From the human T2T-CHM13v2.0 reference genome, Homo sapiens, in assembly GCF_009914755.1 (NCBI RefSeq), contig NC_060945.1: a stretch of 64,000 bases of DNA; one strand, written 5' to 3'. A model generated the notes under the pieces. That model did no database searches, was not told where the DNA came from, and saw only the letters and a program-made list of their open reading frames with translations. Below are positions 58,475 through 64,000 of this stretch, piece after piece. Each line of letters begins with the position of its first letter. The stretch's first letter is position 1. Made by a program: the position numbers and the translations under genes.

Positions 58475-61315
58475 TACTTCAATTTTACAGAATATTTGAG
58501 ACAGAAGAGAAGACCAGTGTTTGATGTAGTTCTTGAATTTGAGATATTTGATTTTCCAAAGTCTTATATATAATTTAATTATTTTCAAAAGCCTTATGAT
58601 ATTGATCATTTATGTTTTTGTTTTACTGTTAGCTTAAATATGAATGAATTGTTCATTCTGCCTAGAAAAAGTATGCTTTCAAGCCTATTCTGTCGCTCCA
58701 TGTATTAAACAAATAGCTTATATGTGGCTGTGGAAATGAGCATTTTTTATCTCATGTCAAAATCCTACCTATATATTGTTCCTAGGTAGTTCAGATGTAC
58801 CAAAAAGCCTTAGCCAGTTCTCACCTTTCATTGGTAAATGTTTTCTTTGGTTTTGTTCTTGTTTATTTACTTCCTACTCTGAGCATATAAACCTAGCAAT
58901 ATAATCTATTTGCTTGTGTTTGTTCATCCCATTAAACTGCCTTTTAAGGGCAAGGAGCAAATAAAACCTGTAAATCTCAAACTACTTACTGCAATGTCAG
59001 GAACCTGGGAATGCATGGTAAATATGAGTGGATGACAAATAGTGGTGTCCGGAGCCATGAATAAAGACAAGGAGAGTGGGAACCTAGTACCACACAACTC
59101 CCAGGCAACTTGCCTTACCCTGAAAGGCAAATTAAGGCCAGGAAATCAAGTTTTGTGTTGATTTGCTCTATGGCATCGTCATTTGTACAATGTAGAGGGC
59201 ATACTGCTTAGTATCGATTTTACTCTGATGATTGCTTAACAAGCATAGTTATGCCTAAATGACTGATGAGACAAGTGACCCACCAAGGTGGCAGTGAGAC
59301 AAAGAAATGTATCTACTATAAAGATGAAATAATTAGAATGAAATATACTGCCCAGGCTTTGCCAGTATTGACTTGCTGAGTCAAACTTTAAATACGTCTT
59401 TTCTTAATAGAAGGAAAAAAATGAATTGCATAGGGATATCAACATACCTTTCCCAAATATCTAATTTGTTCTGGAATTTGGTTTCAAAATAATTCTGCTA
59501 ATTATTCCTATAAGCTAAAATTGATATGGTTTGTCTTATATTGATTGCATGGCCATCACTGTATTATTGAAAGTTCTGCTTTATCTGAAAAATAAAAGTT
59601 TAGGGACAAAATAGTTTCTGCTATTAACAGCAGAATACTTATGCTTTTGTCCCAAAGTGATATTTGAGTCTTTAAGACTTTTTTATACCATACAAGTGTC
59701 ACTCACTCTGGTGACAGCACAAGTGTTAGAGTTTCCAATCCCAATAACAAATAATTTTCAATCATCTAGGGGTCTGCATACCAATCTGTCCTTGATTACA
59801 TCCCCATATAACTGGAAACACATGTAAAAGTTTTGTGAAATACCACATTCTTTTGACTGGCAATTTTAATTTGATCTTGTGCCATAATTAAACATTACTT
59901 CCTATATGGGCCCAACCTAAACTTGACAAAGAAAAAAGCCCAAATGCAGCATAATTGGTTGATTAAATACATTAAATGGAAAGAAAAAAATGATTAAAGA
60001 AATGAATGTCCCAAGAAATAGGTTATCAGTAATATTTAGCCCAAAATGGAAGTTTCATATTAGTAGTAGTCTCCACATTTTCTGAATTTCATTTTCAAAC
60101 CCACTCAACATTCAAGTTGATATTGTTTATCATTTCACTCTATTATGCCTCTAGTCATTTATTAATTTTAACCTGAAGTCTTTTATTTAGCTTATGATAC
60201 AACTACTGAAATGATTTCTAGGGAAGTTCAATGATTATTTTGAAAAGGGCATAAGACCAGTTCAAATAAGGCTAAGGTTGAAATTTTTACACATTTTTAT
60301 TGTCCAGAGTTACAAACTTAATTGGATTTAACAAAGGCCCTTGACTTTGAAGAAAAGCTGAAGAATGGAGGCACTAATGTTTGCTAAATGTAGTGTCCAT
60401 TGCTCAGAAAATCAGATGATGTGTCTTGCTAGAAAGTGCAACTAGCTACACACTAAAAAGAATATGAAAATCAGAAGGTATATTTCACAAATTATAATAA
60501 TATACTGGATGTGAACAGGAGAGACAGTTACTGAACACAAACATAATAACGCGGATCCTGTAACGCATGGTGTGTGTCAAAAAAAAAACACTGTACAACG
60601 TATTTTAAAACTTATGTACACAAAACCAAAGATTTTCTTTTTTACCTAGCCCAAATGCCATCCCAGCCTTAGAGTCCTGCTCTTTATAAAAATAAAATAA
60701 AGAAAAAGAAAAAAATTATAATAATAATTGGTCTCTTTTCACTAGGTGTTCAAGGGAATGGGCAAACATGAGTGACCAATAATTCATTTGACAAATAAAT
60801 ATTTTTGATTATTGTGTACCTAGCAATATGCAGAAGACACGAAACAGAATCATGGTAAGGAGAAAGAAACAAGTAGGATAAAGTATACAAAGTGTGAGAA
60901 AAGCTAAATTTTACAGTAAATTTTAATTTTACTAAATCCATGCATGCTGGGCTATCTTTTGGAGTGAGTACTGATGTGTGTGCCTCTTTTTGTCAAGGAG
61001 GGAGTAATGATAAAAGAATAGAGATGTGTTCAGTCATATTAACAATTCTTGTTTTCTCAACTTATTAATTTACTTTCATTATTCCTGCTTATTATTTGGG
61101 AGTGGTTGGAAGACATTTTAATTTTCAGAATGAGATAGGATAAACATTAACATAAATCAATATGGTATAATTATTGTGTGTGTCAGGCAATCCAATATTT
61201 CTGAAATATGTTCAAACTCAGAGGGCAATGGGAAAATGCAACAGCAAGGAGAATAAGTCAAGAATATTGACTTGTGTCACCTCTCTTTATTGACAGCTCA
61301 TTGATTTCCTATACA

Positions 61316-61366
61316 TGTGTATGTGCGTGTGTGTGTGTGTGCGTGTGTGTGTGCATGTGTGTGTGT
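61316..61366. repeat. (TG)n microsatellite, interrupted
   Basis: Directly visible. Confidence 0.95.
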
Positions 61367-61720
61367 AACATATTAGGAAACCAGCTAGAAATATTAGTAA
61401 AAGCTATGGAAAAGTACAAACTTTTCACTTCTTTTCAAACAAAAACAATGACATATTTTGATTTTATCTCATTATAAGTATCCACTGATTTTAACCATAA
61501 TATTATGGGACAGTTGTGGATCAGTAGAGAAGAAGAGAGGATCTATTGTTAACATGTTGGAAATGCTGAAAGCCCATCTCCTCTAATCAGGAGTCACTAA
61601 TATGATGAAAACCAAATATAAAAGTGTGTCTCAAATAAGAACATTATCTATTGAGTATTTTTCAAAACATTTGAGGGTATGTATATAAGGGAAACAAATT
61701 TAGAAAGCCCTAGCCTATAG

Positions 61721-61785
61721 ACACACACACACAAGGACACACACAAGCATGTGAGCCCATGCGCGCACACACACACACACACACA
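61721..61785. repeat. (CA)n with a (GC)3 lead-in
   Basis: Directly visible. Confidence 0.9.
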
Positions 61786-62591
61786 AACCTATAAAAATGT
61801 ATGAAAATTTCACAACAAAATATTTTAAGTATGATAAAATTCTGTTTTGCATTTTTATCCTTGTAAAATAGATAGTATCGCCAGTTACTTGCTACTTTCC
61901 CACTGCTTGGAGGTTTTGAATTAGGACATTTAAGTATGTTTGGGATTTAGGAACACATATATATATATTCACAGTCATGAAAGCATAATAAAATATAACC
62001 TTATAAGATAACATATGTGGGAAACTTAAGAAGCTGGTGATGTTTGAGTTATGTACATTTTATATTCCTACATAGTTTGATTCAGCTGGGTGTAGTTTTC
62101 TGTGTTCACCTAGTCTTTCTTGCAAATTAAATCATGCATAAGCAAGCAAAGAACTCCCATTACATTCAGAGTTTTCTGTAATATAACAATCATGTAGGAA
62201 CAAATTTGCAGTTTCAAAAAAAAGTATTTTAGCTGAACTGATTGTGTTTGTCTATCTTGACTCTTTCCATGTGGCCTCAAGGCTGTGCAGTTTCTAAAGT
62301 AATTCTCACAGTACATTTGTTGCTTGCTGTTGAAATTATCTTATTTATATCCCTTTTATGAGAGACACAGATTATTGGTAATAGACACAGAATGAGAGAG
62401 GGATATGGATTGGGAATAATTGCTACAAACATTTCATTTTTTGCTTATGGAGCACCTGTGCAAGCAGTGTTAAGTCTTCTCTACCACTTCAATACAATTT
62501 AGAACACTAGATTATAATAATAAATGGTATATGCATATTCCACTTTTTGGAAATATGCAATTAATCTGGAATTCAGATACACACAAAATTA

Positions 62592-62598
62592 CTCTCTG

Positions 62599-62644
<46 letters not shown>
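62592..62644. repeat. (TC)n(CA)n compound microsatellite
   Basis: Directly visible. Confidence 0.95.
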
Positions 62645-62645
<1 letters not shown>

Positions 62646-64000
62646 ATAAATCAATATCTTTCCTAAAAGTGATCTCTATCAGGTAAGTCCCTGGGTAGTC
62701 CAAAAAGTCTCCTTGGGCTTGACATCCACAGATGATGAATCTCCAGTTTCATGTCAGTTCTAGCAAGGTTCATGAAAAGGTTTAGGAAGTTTGCTGTCAG
62801 GCAGTGGGATCACTTCCAGCCTGTGCAAGACTTCAATGCTAAACCAAGTTAAAAACAAACAAAAAATAAATAGGTAAGAAAATAAGAATGAATAAAGTAA
62901 GAAAAAATAGCAAAGGTAGAATTTGTATTGCTGTAAGTCAGATATCTCAAAAAGTAGTCTAGGGACTTCTAGCATTCACCACTTTCAAAACTATTTGCAT
63001 AATAATACTAAGCCATTATTTACTTTTGCATTCTCATTCTCTCAAAAGAGAAAAGTAGAATTTCTGAAGGCTACATGAATTTTGACATCACAAAATATTA
63101 AAATACAGTAGATTTGATAATCTAGTTGTTTTTTATTGTCAGACTTTTGAAAAAAGGAAAATGACTCTACACTTTTATTAATATTTATATTTAAATATAC
63201 TTATTTTTATATATTTTATTTATATTAACATGTAATGGGTACATTATTGTTAAATTAACATAGAAATATTTTACAAAATTATTTTAATTTTCAATATGGT
63301 AAATATTGATGCATATAGCCACTTAAAATGTATTTGGAGTCTCAATAATGTTGAATAATTTAAAGTTATCTTGACCAAGAAGTTTAAGAAGTGTCACAGT
63401 TAATTTAAAAAAATCTATTATAGCAAATAAAGTAGTTGAAAAAAACAACTGTGAAATTAAATGTCTAAAACTGATTTGCATTACATCTGTATTAATGTCA
63501 TGAGATAGCAATAATCTGCAGAATACTGTAGCAATTTTTATTTAAAATTTTTCCCATTCATTTAGAGTCACACTTAAAATGCATGATAAGTGAATCCATA
63601 ATAAATGATAAAATCAAGTAGAAATATTGCTGTTGGAAATATATTAAGCTCAATTGTTTGTAAGTTCATAAACAATTTGAACTACCAAATTAAGAAACAT
63701 CATCCATTTAAATGAACCTTCATGAAAGTAAGACATATATAAATCCAAAACTAATAATATGGAGAGAACCCATTCTGAAAAATAAAACACGTAAGTTAAG
63801 AAAATATTGGTTGTTTAATAACAAAAATGGCCTCTACCTTGAAGTACAGACTAACAACCATCCATTTGATTATTCCCTTTGATGTTTACTTTGCAGTTTT
63901 AACTGGACTTGAGTAAAATTAAACTTTTTACCTTGGAACAAACCTATATGTCCTAAAGTTACACTGATTTAAATTTTATGGAGAGAAAAAATATAGAGAC

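Noticed and set aside
59224-59270. C/D-box snoRNA-like TGATGA...CTGA
   Set aside because: The boxes are only about 40 nt apart with no convincing terminal stem, which is too short
59900-59910. CArG box
   Set aside because: cctatatggg does not fit CC(A/T)6GG

Overview
Primate (most likely human) genomic DNA. It is very AT-rich and CpG-poor, with no recognisable host protein-coding exon, RNA gene or CpG-island promoter, so it looks like a gene desert or a deep intron. Almost all recognisable structure is transposable-element debris. There is a 4.1-kb 5'-truncated L1PA (about PA4-PA6) carrying a complete but broken ORF2 with a clean 9-bp TSD (6912-11055). An ancient full-span L1M retains 5'UTR, ORF1 and 3'UTR but has lost nearly all of ORF2 (32204-35008). 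There are two collapsed proviruses with nested insertions: an ERVL with LTR16-type LTRs and readable RNaseH/integrase remnants (about 19481-23146), and an ERV1 MER52 (47389-50367). The rest comprises seven Alus, several MaLR/ERVL solo LTRs, a complete Tigger2a, MIR/L2 fragments and microsatellites. The ORF-track ORFs are L1/Alu/LTR-derived or chance ORFs. I found no evidence for a novel biological system. The observations worth a second look are small-scale: mutational scars (templated-inversion duplication, quasi-palindrome conversion, a 38-bp dispersed duplicate that overlaps a splice acceptor), DUX4-type motifs in LTRs, an inverted AluY pair flanking a candidate exon, and the ORF2-less L1. 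Subfamily names come from my recollection of consensus sequences and need RepeatMasker/Dfam confirmation.
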